Below, one piece after another: positions 30,819 through 41,707 of a DNA stretch of 64,000 bases. The position numbers were made by a program, and so were the translations under genes. Position 1 is the first letter of the stretch. Every line of letters begins with the position of its first letter. This stretch comes from an uncultured Armatimonadetes bacterium (lineage in GTDB: Bacteria > Armatimonadota > Hebobacteria > Hebobacterales > Hebobacteraceae): NCBI GenBank assembly GCA_963716175.1, contig OY970296.1:832001-896000 (forward strand), given 5' to 3'. Below the pieces are notes generated by a model that was not told the origin of the DNA, searched no databases, and was given only the letters and a program-made list of their open reading frames with translations.

Positions 30819-31646
30819 TCAACCGCGCCGGAAGCGGCGCGTCATCTCGGCCCGACTGATTCCTCGCAGTTGCAGTCCCATCACCAGCGCCCCGGCGCAG
30901 ATGAGCGCTGCCGCCAGTCCGATTCTGCCTGAACTCCTAAGCGCCGGCGGCCTGGCGGGGCTCGAAATCCCGGCACTGGGCGCGGGCAGCAGCCCGGGCT
31001 CTCTCCGCAGCCGCGCCAACACCCGTTCGCGGCGTTCCCAACTATCGGTCAGCAGGAGGTAGCGGGCGCTAGCTATCGCTCCTGGAGAGTGGAATGCCTC
31101 CCGGGAGGCTGGCGCGTCCTCGATCAGGAGAGAGCTATCGAAGATCGGCCCCAAGCGCCGCAGCAGCGCCACCACCTGCACACTGACGCCATCTAGCCTC
31201 AGCAGCCCCAACCCGGCCCCAGTGGCCCCTCCTGCCGCCGCCCTGGGGAGGACGGTCCCTCGGTGATTGCTTCTTGTCTCCGCCTCTCGGGACACCCGGC
31301 CCAGCTCCTCATCCGCGGAGGTGAGCAGTGTGGAGAGATGAGGGACTAGGAGCGCACGCACGGCCTGGCCTCGCTGGCCGGTGCTTGTCGCTGGCCCTCC
31401 CTCCCTGGGGGGGAGAGTGATTGCCACCGCTGCTACTGCCCCGAGGGCCTTCAGTCCCTGGGACATCCCGCTGTGGGAGAGCGGGCGCGGGTCGGCGATC
31501 TCGATGGCGTACTGGAGGCGGCCGCCATCGCGCGGCAGCAGGCCCCACCCCAGCGCCCCCACTGTCACCCCAGCCACCACCAGGAGCAGACCCAGCATGT
31601 GGTCAGTTCGCGATCCTGGCCGCCCCGTCCCGTGGCCTGCTCTCAT
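30819..31646 (-). CDS. hypothetical membrane protein (N- and C-terminal TM helices)
   Basis: ATGA overlap with upstream gene; two hydrophobic segments. Confidence 0.55.
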   Translation of the reverse strand: MRAGHGTGRPGSRTDHMLGLLLVVAGVTVGALGWGLLPRDGGRLQYAIEIADPRPLSHSGMSQGLKALGAVAAVAITLPPREGGPATSTGQRGQAVRALLVPHLSTLLTSADEELGRVSREAETRSNHRGTVLPRAAAGGATGAGLGLLRLDGVSVQVVALLRRLGPIFDSSLLIEDAPASREAFHSPGAIASARYLLLTDSWERRERVLARLRREPGLLPAPSAGISSPARPPALRSSGRIGLAAALICAGALVMGLQLRGISRAEMTRRFRRG

Positions 31647-33586
31647 TCACCCACCTGCATCCTCGAGCCGGGCTGGCCGCTGGGAACGGTGACTCCGGCC
31701 GCCTGAGCCTCGGCGGCAGCCTGTTGCACCATCAACTGGGTCGAAGGATAGCGCGTGTCCGATCGGTTCCATCTGCTGAAGGCCTCGAGCATCTTCCTCA
31801 GGCTAACCTGCGCTTCCCTACTCTGTTTCCTCTTAAGGTCGATCCGGAGCAGGCTCGCCAGGGCCGCCACATTCGTGGGCTGGTCCCGGAGCGCGCGCTC
31901 CAGCAACCGCTGCGGCTCCTCCAAAGGCCACCTATGCTCCAGCGCCAGGTTGCCCAGACGGGCTGCCGCGGTGGCGAAATCCGGCGCCAGCTTCAGCGCA
32001 TGCCCGAAAGCCTGGGCCGCGCCCGCGGCATCGCCCGCCTGTTCCGCGGCATTGCCCACGAAGAACCACGCGTCCGCATCCCGGGGATCGGCCTCCACCG
32101 CCCGCTCAAACGCGGCTCGCGCTTCCGGGAAGCGCTGCTGCTGGGAGTACGACTGACCCAGGTAGAGCCAGTCGCGATTGGCCCCATGAGCGCGCGCCAC
32201 GCCGTAGAGATCCGCGTTCAGCAGGGCCGCGAATCCCGCCAGCGCCACCAGGCTCAGGCCCATCGCGCCCCACCGCTGTCTCTGGGCCAGGCGCACCAGC
32301 TCCGCCACGCCGACCCCGGCCAGCAGACACAGCGCGGGCACTGCGGTCATCCGATAGCGGCCGCACACGAAGAACGCGATCACCGCCACCATTTGAGTGG
32401 CGACGAACAGGGTGAGCGTCCAAGCGCCTCTGCTCCGCCATCCCCCCAGCGCGATGCCCAACAGGCTGAGCGGGCCGATGATGGCGAAGCTGAAAGGCAT
32501 GGCCCGCAGCAGTGAGCTATGAGCGCGTCCCCAATCATGGCTGAGGTTGTTCGGAATCTCGTAGCTCGCCCAGTACAGATACGCCTTCTTCGCCAGCAGC
32601 GCGAGTGCCTGGCCGGGCTCCTTGCGCCAGAAAGCCAGGCCCCTGCCCAGCCAGTACCTGTCTTGCTGCTGATAGTTACGCGCGCCGGCTGCCATCTGCT
32701 CGTACCAGGTGCGCTCCCAGGCCATCCCGGAGGGGATGGGGGAGTAACCGTCGGCCTGGGGATTGTTCCCGGTGTAGAAGTTGATCCCACCATTGTTGGA
32801 GATGGGGATGAGGGTACCGGTGATAATGGCATTGCGCATGGTGATAGGGATGATCGGAAGCACGACCCCTACCACGAACACCAGCCCCAGCCGCCTCAAC
32901 TCCTCCCGCGGCAGCGAGGCCCGCAGCCAGGCCGCCAGCAGCGCCAGGCCCAGCACTGCCAACAGCAGGAGGTTGCCCCGCGTCAGCCCCAACAGGCCCA
33001 GCAGCAGGCCCGTGCCAAACCACCTGGCCCCGCTGGGGCGGTCCAAGCTGCCCAGCAGCGCCAGCAGGAAGCCGGTCGCCAAGAGGGTGGCGAGCGCGGT
33101 GTCCAGCAGCTCGCCCTCCCCGAAAATGCCCGGGCCATAGAAGGCCAGCAGCAGCCCGCCCACCAGGCCCATGGCAGTCCCGAACACTCGCCGGCCTATC
33201 ACATAGGTCAGCCCGCAGGTCACCGCGCCCATCACCAGTTGCAGCAGCCGGGCGGCGAACAGGCTGGGCTCTCCGGTGCCGACCGCCAGCTTGGCCATGA
33301 CCAGGAAGTAGGCATACAGCGGAGGCTTCGCCATCACCTCGTTGTTGCCGATGCCCAGAGTCTGCAGCAGGATCTCGGCCCAAGCGTTCTGCGTGCGCGA
33401 GTCCAGGATGGGGTAGTAGAAGAACGGCCAATGGTAGATCTGGGCCAGGTAGATCGCGCGCGGCACGAGCGCGATGGCCACCAGGGCCCAGAGGTGGAAG
33501 CGCCAGTCCTTCACCAGCCGGCCCAGCCGTGAGCCCTCCGCTGCCGCCACTGGCTTTGCTTCGGCCGGAATCTGCGATTCAGCCAC
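31643..33586 (-). CDS. GT39/PMT-ArnT-like membrane glycosyltransferase with C-terminal TPRs
   Basis: ILDS, KPPLYAYFL, LTRGN, NGGINFYTGNNP, RYR motifs plus TPRs; start GTG 33586 after GGAGGAG. Confidence 0.82.
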   Translation of the reverse strand: MAESQIPAEAKPVAAAEGSRLGRLVKDWRFHLWALVAIALVPRAIYLAQIYHWPFFYYPILDSRTQNAWAEILLQTLGIGNNEVMAKPPLYAYFLVMAKLAVGTGEPSLFAARLLQLVMGAVTCGLTYVIGRRVFGTAMGLVGGLLLAFYGPGIFGEGELLDTALATLLATGFLLALLGSLDRPSGARWFGTGLLLGLLGLTRGNLLLLAVLGLALLAAWLRASLPREELRRLGLVFVVGVVLPIIPITMRNAIITGTLIPISNNGGINFYTGNNPQADGYSPIPSGMAWERTWYEQMAAGARNYQQQDRYWLGRGLAFWRKEPGQALALLAKKAYLYWASYEIPNNLSHDWGRAHSSLLRAMPFSFAIIGPLSLLGIALGGWRSRGAWTLTLFVATQMVAVIAFFVCGRYRMTAVPALCLLAGVGVAELVRLAQRQRWGAMGLSLVALAGFAALLNADLYGVARAHGANRDWLYLGQSYSQQQRFPEARAAFERAVEADPRDADAWFFVGNAAEQAGDAAGAAQAFGHALKLAPDFATAAARLGNLALEHRWPLEEPQRLLERALRDQPTNVAALASLLRIDLKRKQSREAQVSLRKMLEAFSRWNRSDTRYPSTQLMVQQAAAEAQAAGVTVPSGQPGSRMQVGE

Positions 33587-33869
33587 GCCACCACTCCTCC
33601 CCCTCCGCAGCACAGGCTCCCAGCCTGTCCGCCGAGCCTCCCGCGCCTGTCGGCGCGCTGCTCTGCCTACCAGATTCACTCCCAAGATGCTCGTTTCCTG
33701 CGCCCGCCCACGGGAGCGCTTCCGCCCAAGCTCCCGGCCGCTGCGAAGAGGAGGAGATAGGCCATTCGCGGAACGCTGGTGAGACATTCGGCGTGCGCCG
33801 GAGGCGCACGCGAGCGAGCGCCCCTTCTGGGAGGAAGCTGCGGCGAAGCCGCAGGGCTGGTCGAGCGAC

Positions 33870-34730
33870 ATGATTCTCCTCACTGGAGGCACCGGTTTCG
33901 TCGGACGTCACCTGCTCGCGCGCATGGTGGAGGCTGGGGAGCAGGTGCGCGTGTTGGCGCGCACCCGCGTTGATCTCCCGGGCGCCGAGTTCTGTCCCGG
34001 CGACGTCAGGGACCTGGCCGCAGTGGCCGCCGCCGCGCGCGACTGCCAGGTGGTGATCCATCTCGTTGGCATCATCCGCGAGCGCGGCGGGGCCAGCTAC
34101 CACCGCCTGCACGTCGGAGGAACGCGGACCGTCGTCCAGGCTTGCCAGGAAGCAGGCGTGGGACGGCTTCTCCATATGAGCGCGCTGGGCGCTGGTCCCA
34201 ACGTCCACAGCCGCTATCATCGCACCAAGTGGGAGGCGGAGGAGCTGGTGCGCGCCTCAGGCCTGGCCGCCACCATCTTCCGGCCCTCTGTCATCTTCGG
34301 CCAGGGCGGCGCCTTCCTGCCAGAGCTGCGCAAGCTGCTGCACCGGGGCCCGGTCATCCCCATCGTCGGCAACGGCCTGTCTCTGCTGCAGCCGATATGG
34401 GTCGAGGACGTGATCTCGTGCTTCGCCGGCGCGCTGGGGAAGCCGGAGACGGCGGGACAGCTCTACGAGCTAGGGGGACCCGAGGCACTTGGCTTCGAGG
34501 AACTGATTGACCTGCTCGCCCGACAGGAAGGGACCTCCAGGCCCAAAGTCCACCTCCCGGTGGTCTTGATGCGACCTGTTGTCTCCCTCCTGGGCCGGCT
34601 CTTGCCGAACTTCCCCCTCACCTCCGACCAGCTCACCATGCTGCTCGACGACAACATCTGCGATATCACCAAGATGCGAGAGACCTTCGGGGTCGAGCCC
34701 GCGCCGCTGCGAGAGCACCTGAACGATTGA
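33870..34730 (+). CDS. NAD-dependent epimerase / complex I NDUFA9-family atypical SDR
   Basis: LTGGTGFVG, HLVGIIRE, HMSALGA, YHRTKWEAE, FRPSVIFG. Confidence 0.9.
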   Translation: MILLTGGTGFVGRHLLARMVEAGEQVRVLARTRVDLPGAEFCPGDVRDLAAVAAAARDCQVVIHLVGIIRERGGASYHRLHVGGTRTVVQACQEAGVGRLLHMSALGAGPNVHSRYHRTKWEAEELVRASGLAATIFRPSVIFGQGGAFLPELRKLLHRGPVIPIVGNGLSLLQPIWVEDVISCFAGALGKPETAGQLYELGGPEALGFEELIDLLARQEGTSRPKVHLPVVLMRPVVSLLGRLLPNFPLTSDQLTMLLDDNICDITKMRETFGVEPAPLREHLND

Positions 34731-35016
34731 GCAGGGCGGGATCAGCCGACCACGCGCTGCACGCCCTATGTCCGGTCACCTCCCAGGCCAATACGCCACG
34801 CAGGGGTCTCGGATTCTGCCAGGCCCGGCCTTTGGGTAGGCGGCAGAGGCCGAAGCTCGCGCATGCTTCGCCCTGACCCCGGAGCCCGCGGCTTCCTCCC
34901 ACCATGTCCCGATGCCATGGCAGGACTGTGCCGGTTGTTCCGCAGAAGACAGCGGTGGTGAGCGGCGCGCGACAGCGCGCAGCATTCCCAAGTGACACTT
35001 CCCTGGAGGCATCACG

Positions 35017-37062
35017 GTGAGTGAACTGCAGCCGGCCGATCCGAAGACCTATGGCCACGACCTGAAGGGCGAGCAGCTTGAGGAGCTGGCGGTCAACATC
35101 ATCCGCGGGCTGGCCATGGATGCCACCCAGAAGGCCAAGTCCGGCCACCCCGGCATGCCCATGGGCATGGCCGATGCCGCCTTCGTGTTGTGGACCAAGT
35201 TCCTGCGCGTGGCCCCCTCCGACCCCCGCTGGCCGGACCGGGACCGGTTCGTGCTCTCGGCCGGCCATGGCTCCATGCTGCTCTACTCGCTGCTGCACCT
35301 GATGGGCTACCCGATTAGCCTCGATGACCTGAAGCAGTTCCGGCAATGGGGCAGCGTCACCCCCGGCCACCCGGAGTACCACCCCGACCTGGGTGTCGAG
35401 ACCACCACGGGCCCCCTGGGCCAGGGGTTCGCCAATGGTGTTGGCATGGCCCTGGCCGAGCGCATGCTGGCCGCCACCTTCAACCGAGATGGCGAGGTGG
35501 TGATGGACCATCACACCTATGGCATCGTCAGCGACGGCGACCTGATGGAGGGGATTGCCTCAGAAGCCGCCTCCCTGGCCGGGCACCTGGGCCTGGGCCG
35601 GTTGATCTATCTCTACGACGACAACCACATCAGCATCGAGGGCGACACCGAGCTGGCCTTCACCGAGGACGTAGAGGGCCGGTTTCTGGCCTATCACTGG
35701 CACGTGCAGCGGGTCAATGGGCATGATCGCAAGGCGGTGGAAGCGGCGATCGCAGCCGCGCTGGAGGAGGACGCCCGACCCAGCCTCATCATCTGCCGCA
35801 CCCACATCGGCAAGGGCAGCCCCAACAAGCAGGACACCGCGGCCGCCCACGGCGAGCCCCTGGGGGAAGACGAGGTCAGGCTTACTAAGCAAGCGCTGGA
35901 TCTGCCTCTGGAGCCGACCTTCTTCATCCCCCAGGTGGTGCGCGACATCTTCGCCCGACGGCGGACCGAGATGGACGGGATGGCCCGCGCCTGGAGAGAG
36001 CACTTCGCGGCCTGGCAGAGGGCGCACCCCGACCTGGCCGCCCGCTGGGAGGCGCAGATGAGCCGAACGATTCCGTCCGGGCTGGCCGATCGGCTGCCGA
36101 GGTTCCAGCCCGGAAAGGAGGTCGCCACCCGCAGCGCCTCCGCGGAAGTGATCCAGGTGCTGAGCGCGGAACTGCCAGGCCTGGTGGGGGGAGCGGCAGA
36201 CCTGGCGCCTTCCACCAGGACGCTGATCAGCAAGTCCACCGACATCGCGCGGGGGCGCTATCAGGGGCGCAACCTCCGCTTCGGCGTGCGCGAGCATGCC
36301 ATGGGCGGGATGGTGAATGGGATCAGCTTGCACGGAGGCTTCATCCCCTATGGCGCCACCTTCCTCATCTTCTCGGACTACATGCGCCCCTCCATTCGCC
36401 TCGCCGCTATCATGCGCCAGCCAGTCATCTACGTCTTCACCCACGACAGCGTTTTCTTGGGGGAGGACGGACCCACCCATGAGCCCATCGAGCATCTGGC
36501 CGCGCTTCGCGCCATCCCCCACCTGACCGTGATCCGGCCCGCCGACGCCGCCGAGACCGCGGTGGCCTGGATGGCGGCCGTGGAGCGAAAGGACGGCCCC
36601 ACCGCGCTCATCCTCACCCGGCAGAACCTGCCTGTGCTGGATCGCGCCGAGCTGGCGCCGGCCGAGCTTCTGCTCCGCGGTGGGTATATACTGCGTGATG
36701 CCGCGGACCCCGAGCTGATCCTGATCGCCTCTGGCTCGGAGGTGTACGTCGCACTGGGCGCGGCCCGGCTGCTGGAGCAAGAGGGCCGCCGAGTGCGAGT
36801 GGTCAACCTGGCAAGCCGGGAGCTGTTTGAGGAGCAACCGAAGGACTACCGCAAGTCGGTGCTCCCGCCCTCGCTGCCGCGGCGCCTGGCGGTGGAGGCC
36901 GCGGCCAGCTTCGGCTGGGAGCGCTACCTGGGAGACCAGGGAGAGATGCATGGCATTGACGAGTTCGGCCACTCCGCGCCCTGGAAGGTGATTGCGGACA
37001 AGCTGGGCTTCACCGCCGAGGCCATTGCAGCCCAAGCGCGCCGCATGCTGGGCCGGGCCTGA
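35017..37062 (+). CDS. tkt: transketolase
   Basis: [45 protein letters not shown]. Confidence 0.97.
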   Translation: MSELQPADPKTYGHDLKGEQLEELAVNIIRGLAMDATQKAKSGHPGMPMGMADAAFVLWTKFLRVAPSDPRWPDRDRFVLSAGHGSMLLYSLLHLMGYPISLDDLKQFRQWGSVTPGHPEYHPDLGVETTTGPLGQGFANGVGMALAERMLAATFNRDGEVVMDHHTYGIVSDGDLMEGIASEAASLAGHLGLGRLIYLYDDNHISIEGDTELAFTEDVEGRFLAYHWHVQRVNGHDRKAVEAAIAAALEEDARPSLIICRTHIGKGSPNKQDTAAAHGEPLGEDEVRLTKQALDLPLEPTFFIPQVVRDIFARRRTEMDGMARAWREHFAAWQRAHPDLAARWEAQMSRTIPSGLADRLPRFQPGKEVATRSASAEVIQVLSAELPGLVGGAADLAPSTRTLISKSTDIARGRYQGRNLRFGVREHAMGGMVNGISLHGGFIPYGATFLIFSDYMRPSIRLAAIMRQPVIYVFTHDSVFLGEDGPTHEPIEHLAALRAIPHLTVIRPADAAETAVAWMAAVERKDGPTALILTRQNLPVLDRAELAPAELLLRGGYILRDAADPELILIASGSEVYVALGAARLLEQEGRRVRVVNLASRELFEEQPKDYRKSVLPPSLPRRLAVEAAASFGWERYLGDQGEMHGIDEFGHSAPWKVIADKLGFTAEAIAAQARRMLGRA

Positions 37063-37117
37063 GCGGGCAACAACCGGCGGGCATGCTCACCCGCCTTGGA
37101 TAGCGGTAACAGCCCAC

Positions 37118-38323
37118 ATGATACTGCCTCTCGTCTGGGCCTTGCTGGCGGCGCTGGCGCTCGTGCTCTCCTGGGTGACAGGTGCGCCCGGCTTCGCCTG
37201 GGTCGGCTACCTGATGCTGGCGCTACTGGTGTTCGGAGTGGTGGCGGCGCGGCTGGGGGAACGGGGGCTGACCGCGTCCCGGCGGCTCTCCGCCGACCGC
37301 ATGTCGCTCGGCGGCCAGATAGAGGTGGAGGTACAGGTCGAGAACCGCAGCCGCCTCCCCGCGCTCTGGGTGGCGGCCGCCGAGACTCTGCCCGCGGGGC
37401 TAGCGATGACCGGGGTGCGGGGGCGGGTGGGGCCGCTGGCCGGCGGGGCGCGGTTCCACTTCCGCTACACCCTGCAGGGCGGCCGGCGCGGCTACTACCA
37501 GATCGGACCGACCGTGCTGAGGACTGGCGATCTCTTCGGATTGTCCCAGCGCGAGCATCCTGCCGGGCCGCCCTCCGGGCTGATCGTCTTCCCCGGAATC
37601 GTGGCCATCCGGCACGGCCAGCTCCCCTCGCGGCGGGTGAGCACCGACGTGCGAGCCCGGCACCGCGTGTTCGAGGACCCAGTGCAGGTGATCGGCATCC
37701 GGCCCTATCAGCACTCGGACGGATTGCGGCGCATCCACTGGCGCGCCAGCGCTCATACCGGCCAACTCCAGTCCAAGCTCTTCGAGCCCTTCGCTCAGAT
37801 CGAGACTGCCATCGCGCTCAGCCTGCGCCGCTCGGACTACCCGGCCCACCCCGTGGAAGCGGAGGAGACGGCCGAGCTGGCGATAGTCACGGCCGCCTCC
37901 GTTGCCTACCACGTGCTCGACCGGAGGCAGCGCACCGGGCTGCTGGCGGTGGGGCGCGACCCGATCACCCCGGGGATGGATGCTCCTCTGCGACTGCGCC
38001 CGGCGCGGGGCCGGGAGCAGCTGGCTGCCATTCTCTCCACCCTAGGGCGCATCTCCCTGGGCCCGGCCGGGTCCCTGGCCGCGACGCTTCAGCGGGAACG
38101 ACAGCAACTCGCCTGGGGCTCGCTGCTAGTGGTGATCACGCCCTCCGTGGACGACGACTTGTTGCGGGCGGCACTCACCTTGCGCCGTACCGGCTTCGAT
38201 GTCAGCTTCGTACTGGTGGGAAGAGCCCCCCGGCAGGCCTCCACGCAAGCTGGCCTGGAGGCGATGGGGATCAGCGCCACCCGCGTCAGGTCGGAGGTGG
38301 ACATCCGTGGGCTTGGGCTTTGA
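37118..38323 (+). CDS. DUF58 domain membrane protein
   Basis: RRGYYQIGP..GDLFG, GIRPYQHSDGLRRIHWRASA; start ATG 37118. Confidence 0.88.
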   Translation: MILPLVWALLAALALVLSWVTGAPGFAWVGYLMLALLVFGVVAARLGERGLTASRRLSADRMSLGGQIEVEVQVENRSRLPALWVAAAETLPAGLAMTGVRGRVGPLAGGARFHFRYTLQGGRRGYYQIGPTVLRTGDLFGLSQREHPAGPPSGLIVFPGIVAIRHGQLPSRRVSTDVRARHRVFEDPVQVIGIRPYQHSDGLRRIHWRASAHTGQLQSKLFEPFAQIETAIALSLRRSDYPAHPVEAEETAELAIVTAASVAYHVLDRRQRTGLLAVGRDPITPGMDAPLRLRPARGREQLAAILSTLGRISLGPAGSLAATLQRERQQLAWGSLLVVITPSVDDDLLRAALTLRRTGFDVSFVLVGRAPRQASTQAGLEAMGISATRVRSEVDIRGLGL

Positions 38324-39792
38324 TAGCCCCCGCGCGAGCGCGGGTCCGCATCGAGCTGTGGTCGTGGGCCTCCTGGCTGGTGCTCTGCATCATCTCCTAT
38401 CCCGCCGTGGCCGCGGCCCGGGTGGCGCCCTGGGCCGGGCTGATCGGGGGCCTCTCGGCAGGGGCCTTCCTCGTCGCCACCGCGGGGTTGGGGTACGCCG
38501 GGCACCGCGCCCTGGAGCGATGGCCGCGGGCGGTGCTGATCGCGCTGGCGGCGGCCGCGGCCGTGGTTTCGGCGGCCGTGTTCGGGGACGATGCCGACTG
38601 GCCAGTCGCGCTGCTGCTGGCCGCCGCCGCGTGGGCGGAGATCGTCTTCACCTGGTACTTCCTCCCCGCCATCGTGCGGGAGGCGGAGACCTCCGGCGCG
38701 CGCTCTCGCTCGAGGCTGCAGCTCCTCCCCGCCGCCGGCCGCGGCGCCGTAGGAGCGGCGCCGGCCTTGGGTCTGGCGCTCCTGCTGGGCCTGCTCTTGC
38801 TCGGCCTGGGATCAGTCTGGCGAAGAGGAGAAGCGTGGGCGCCGGACCCAACGCCCTGGTTGGTCCTCCTCATCCTGCTCGCTCTGGGCCTCATGTTCGT
38901 CGAGCGCATGACCTTCTTCGAACGCTCCGCCCGGGAGGGAAACCTGATCGTGCCGGTGGGCGCGTTTCGGCGCTGGGTGAGCGCTGGGCTGTTGCTGCTG
39001 GCGGCGGCCGCGCTCCTCGCCCTGGCCGCGCCCTGGAAGAGTGGCCCGGAGCTGGCCCGACTCCGCAGGGCGGGCAGCGCGCTCGCACCCGCGGCGCCGG
39101 CAGGACCAGGCCATGCGCTGGCCGGAGGCCAGACAGCCGCGGGCGCAGTGGCGGCCGCGGTTCGTGAGCTGCCCGCGGGGGCGCCTCATCGCCTCGCTCT
39201 CTTGCTGCTCCTGCTCCTGGTGCTCGCCGCCCTGATTCTGATCTGGGGCTTCTCGCGCACCCGGGCCGCGCGGTGGTTCCTGGCTGTCATCGGTGCCGCG
39301 CTCGCTCCCATTCTGCCAGCTTGCAAGCGGTTCCTGGCTGCCCTCTGGCGCTGGCTCTTCCCCGCGACAGAGCAGCCGGTGCCGATGCCAGGGCCTGCCC
39401 CCGATGACACGGCCGACCCGTTCCGCGATGTCTTCGATGACCCCGAATCGCTGAGACTGCTCTCCCCTCGCGAAGTGCTGATCCGCACCTATCATCTGCT
39501 GCTCAACTTCGCCGAGATGCTGGGCCATGGCCGGACGATCGGGCAGACGCCATTCGAATACGCGCTGGCGCTGGAGCGGGCCGCGCCGCAGGCCAGGGAC
39601 GCGGTGCGGGCGCTGACCTGGGGATACGCGGGGGCGATGTATGCAGAGAGGGGCACTGCCCTGCTTGACCCCAGTGCCGTACGGCTGGCCTGGCGCCAGC
39701 TCGCAGACGCGCTCAAAGCGGATCTGACGCCCGAGGATTTCTCCCTGCGCCGCCGCGCCTATCTCGCCGCGCGGAAGCTGGAAGGAAGATAA
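38320..39792 (+). CDS. DUF4129 domain membrane protein
   Basis: TTG start overlapping upstream TGA; multi-TM; GRTIGQTPFEYA...LT..Y..AMY. Confidence 0.75.
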   Translation: MIAPARARVRIELWSWASWLVLCIISYPAVAAARVAPWAGLIGGLSAGAFLVATAGLGYAGHRALERWPRAVLIALAAAAAVVSAAVFGDDADWPVALLLAAAAWAEIVFTWYFLPAIVREAETSGARSRSRLQLLPAAGRGAVGAAPALGLALLLGLLLLGLGSVWRRGEAWAPDPTPWLVLLILLALGLMFVERMTFFERSAREGNLIVPVGAFRRWVSAGLLLLAAAALLALAAPWKSGPELARLRRAGSALAPAAPAGPGHALAGGQTAAGAVAAAVRELPAGAPHRLALLLLLLLVLAALILIWGFSRTRAARWFLAVIGAALAPILPACKRFLAALWRWLFPATEQPVPMPGPAPDDTADPFRDVFDDPESLRLLSPREVLIRTYHLLLNFAEMLGHGRTIGQTPFEYALALERAAPQARDAVRALTWGYAGAMYAERGTALLDPSAVRLAWRQLADALKADLTPEDFSLRRRAYLAARKLEGR

Positions 39793-39796
39793 GGGC

Positions 39797-40283
39797 TCAA
39801 GCGTTCATCCGCCAGATGGCGAAGTTGAGCCCGGCGGCGAAGCTGACCCAAAGCAGGTAGGGCAGAAGCAGCACGCCGCCTAGTGGGGTCACGCGCCAGA
39901 AGCTGGCCAGAGTGGCCAGAAGAGCCAGCCAGAGCACGATGATCTCGGCGAAGGCAAGCCCAGGCCGATGCAGCCCGAAGAAGATGCCTGACCAGGCCAC
40001 ATTCAGGACAAGCTGGGCCAGGAACAGGCCGAGGGGTAAGCCGGAGGCGACGATCCCGGCCCTACGCCAGACCAACCAGGCCGAGACTCCCATCAGCAGG
40101 TAGAGCAGCGACCACACCGGGCCGAAGACCCAGTTCGGTGGCGTCCAGGCCGGTTTGCTGAGCCGCGCGTACCACTCGGGGATGGAGGGCGCGGTGAAAT
40201 GCGACCCGGCTCCGGCCGCGCCGAAGCAGATCGCCACCCAGATTAGCAGGCCAATGACGGAACGCAGGGCCTTTTCCCCTCAC
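39797..40283 (-). CDS. tspO: TspO/MBR tryptophan-rich sensory protein (N-terminus possibly frameshifted)
   Basis: WYARLSKPAWTPPNWVFGPVW, LN.AWS..FF, PYLLWVSFA. Confidence 0.9.
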
Positions 40284-40390
40284 CTCGGTACCACAACCCG
40301 CCGGACGGACGGAGCATCGAGCCACCCCCTGTTCCACAGGCCCAACCCGCAGGCGCGCGGGGGTATGTCCGCCCTACAGGACCAACCTCG

Positions 40391-40597
40391 CTATTTGAGG
40401 TCCGCGGTCAGCGGCACAAAAGTGTAGCCGCGGGCCTTGATGCCCTGCACCAGCTCTTGCAGATAGGGCAGATCGTAGAAGGGGTGGAAGTAGAAGCCCG
40501 CCCATCCATCGCGCACCGCCAGGTTCTTGTCGGCGGCGCGCAGGTGTGCGGCCATTGTGCGTGGGCCGGGTTCCGGCGACCCGCTCTTCGCGATCAC
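40391..40597 (-). pseudogene. C-terminal remnant of a DUF2334/polysaccharide-deacetylase-like gene
   Basis: KNLAVRDGWAGFYFHPF..L.YLQELVQGIKARGYTFV; N-terminal domain absent. Confidence 0.55.
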
Positions 40598-40603
40598 ACC
40601 GCC

Positions 40604-41707
40604 CTACGGGCTTTTCCGGCTGATGCGCTGGGCATGAGCTACCGCCTGGACTAAAGTCTCAGGTTCGATCCCCGCGTAGGCCTCGCCGCCCACCCCGAAA
40701 ATGTAGCCTCCCCCCGGCGCCCCGATCGCCACCGCCCGCTCGACCACCGGCCGCGCGGTCTCGAAATCACGGTAGAGATCTTTGCAGTTGACGCCTCCCA
40801 TCATCACTGTCTTGCCGGCCAGGGCCCGCTTCGCGGCGGCGATGTCGCTGAAACCGCCGATGTCCATCTCGGTCAGGTGCAGCTCATCCGCGTAGAGCGC
40901 GAAGAGGTGATCGTTGGGCCCGTCGGCGTGCAGGTAGCGCCCCTTGTGACCATATCTCTCGTAGATGGCGCGGTTGTAGGGAAGCACCATCTTCCGGTAC
41001 ATGTCTTCCGAGACGAAGGCGGAGTGATCATCGCATAGGCCGATGGAGGTGCGCGGGCGACCATTGATTCGATCCTGGTACTCGGCCACCCGGAAGAAGG
41101 TCTCCAGCAGCTTATCGAAGAGCTGTCTGACCACCTCCGGGCAATCGTACATCCACTGGTAGATGCGCTCCGGCCCGGCGAGCGCGCAGGCCGCGGAGAG
41201 CGGAGGATGAATGCCGAAGCCGCCGGAGACCGGGACCTGAATCTCCCGCCGCTTGGCGATCTCGCGCATCTTCTCCAGCTCGCCATAGACCCACTGCACC
41301 CCCGGGTTCGTGGCGGGGTCGGGGATGGCGAGCTTCTCCACCTCAGCGGGATCCTTGAGCAGGTGTTTGCTCCAGGGTGAAGTGCCGCTGGGCCGCACGA
41401 TCTCGGCCCCGAAGAGCAGACCTTCAGCGATGGGCCCGAAGTCCAGACCCAGCCCGAAGTAAGTGCGATCGTCTCCCAGCTCCTGCCAGGCCCACTGCTC
41501 GCCGCGGAGCTGGACCTCGATATTCAGCTCCCGGTCCTGCATGTACTCGGCGATGTCGTAGCCGAAGAGGGAGCAGTAGAAGCTGCCGCCGACCGCGATC
41601 TCGACTGGGACCTGGTCGCTCTCCTCGAACCTGCGAGCGGCCGCCAGCCTCCGCTCAGACTGCGCGATCCGGTCCCGATAGCGCTCGTAGTCGAAGGTGA
41701 AGGGCAT
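40604..41707 (-). CDS. uroporphyrinogen decarboxylase (URO-D/MtaA) family protein
   Basis: LFGAEI, DDHSAFVSEDMYRKMVLPY, LHADG, AKRALAGK..MGGV, APGGGYIF. Confidence 0.82.
   Translation of the reverse strand: MPFTFDYERYRDRIAQSERRLAAARRFEESDQVPVEIAVGGSFYCSLFGYDIAEYMQDRELNIEVQLRGEQWAWQELGDDRTYFGLGLDFGPIAEGLLFGAEIVRPSGTSPWSKHLLKDPAEVEKLAIPDPATNPGVQWVYGELEKMREIAKRREIQVPVSGGFGIHPPLSAACALAGPERIYQWMYDCPEVVRQLFDKLLETFFRVAEYQDRINGRPRTSIGLCDDHSAFVSEDMYRKMVLPYNRAIYERYGHKGRYLHADGPNDHLFALYADELHLTEMDIGGFSDIAAAKRALAGKTVMMGGVNCKDLYRDFETARPVVERAVAIGAPGGGYIFGVGGEAYAGIEPETLVQAVAHAQRISRKSP

Noticed and set aside
34731-35016. Possible ncRNA or small ORF upstream of tkt
   Set aside because: No recognisable RNA motif or convincing coding signal
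37096-39792. 898-aa ORF as a single protein
   Set aside because: The first ~400 codons are an off-frame shadow of DUF58; the real gene starts at about 38320
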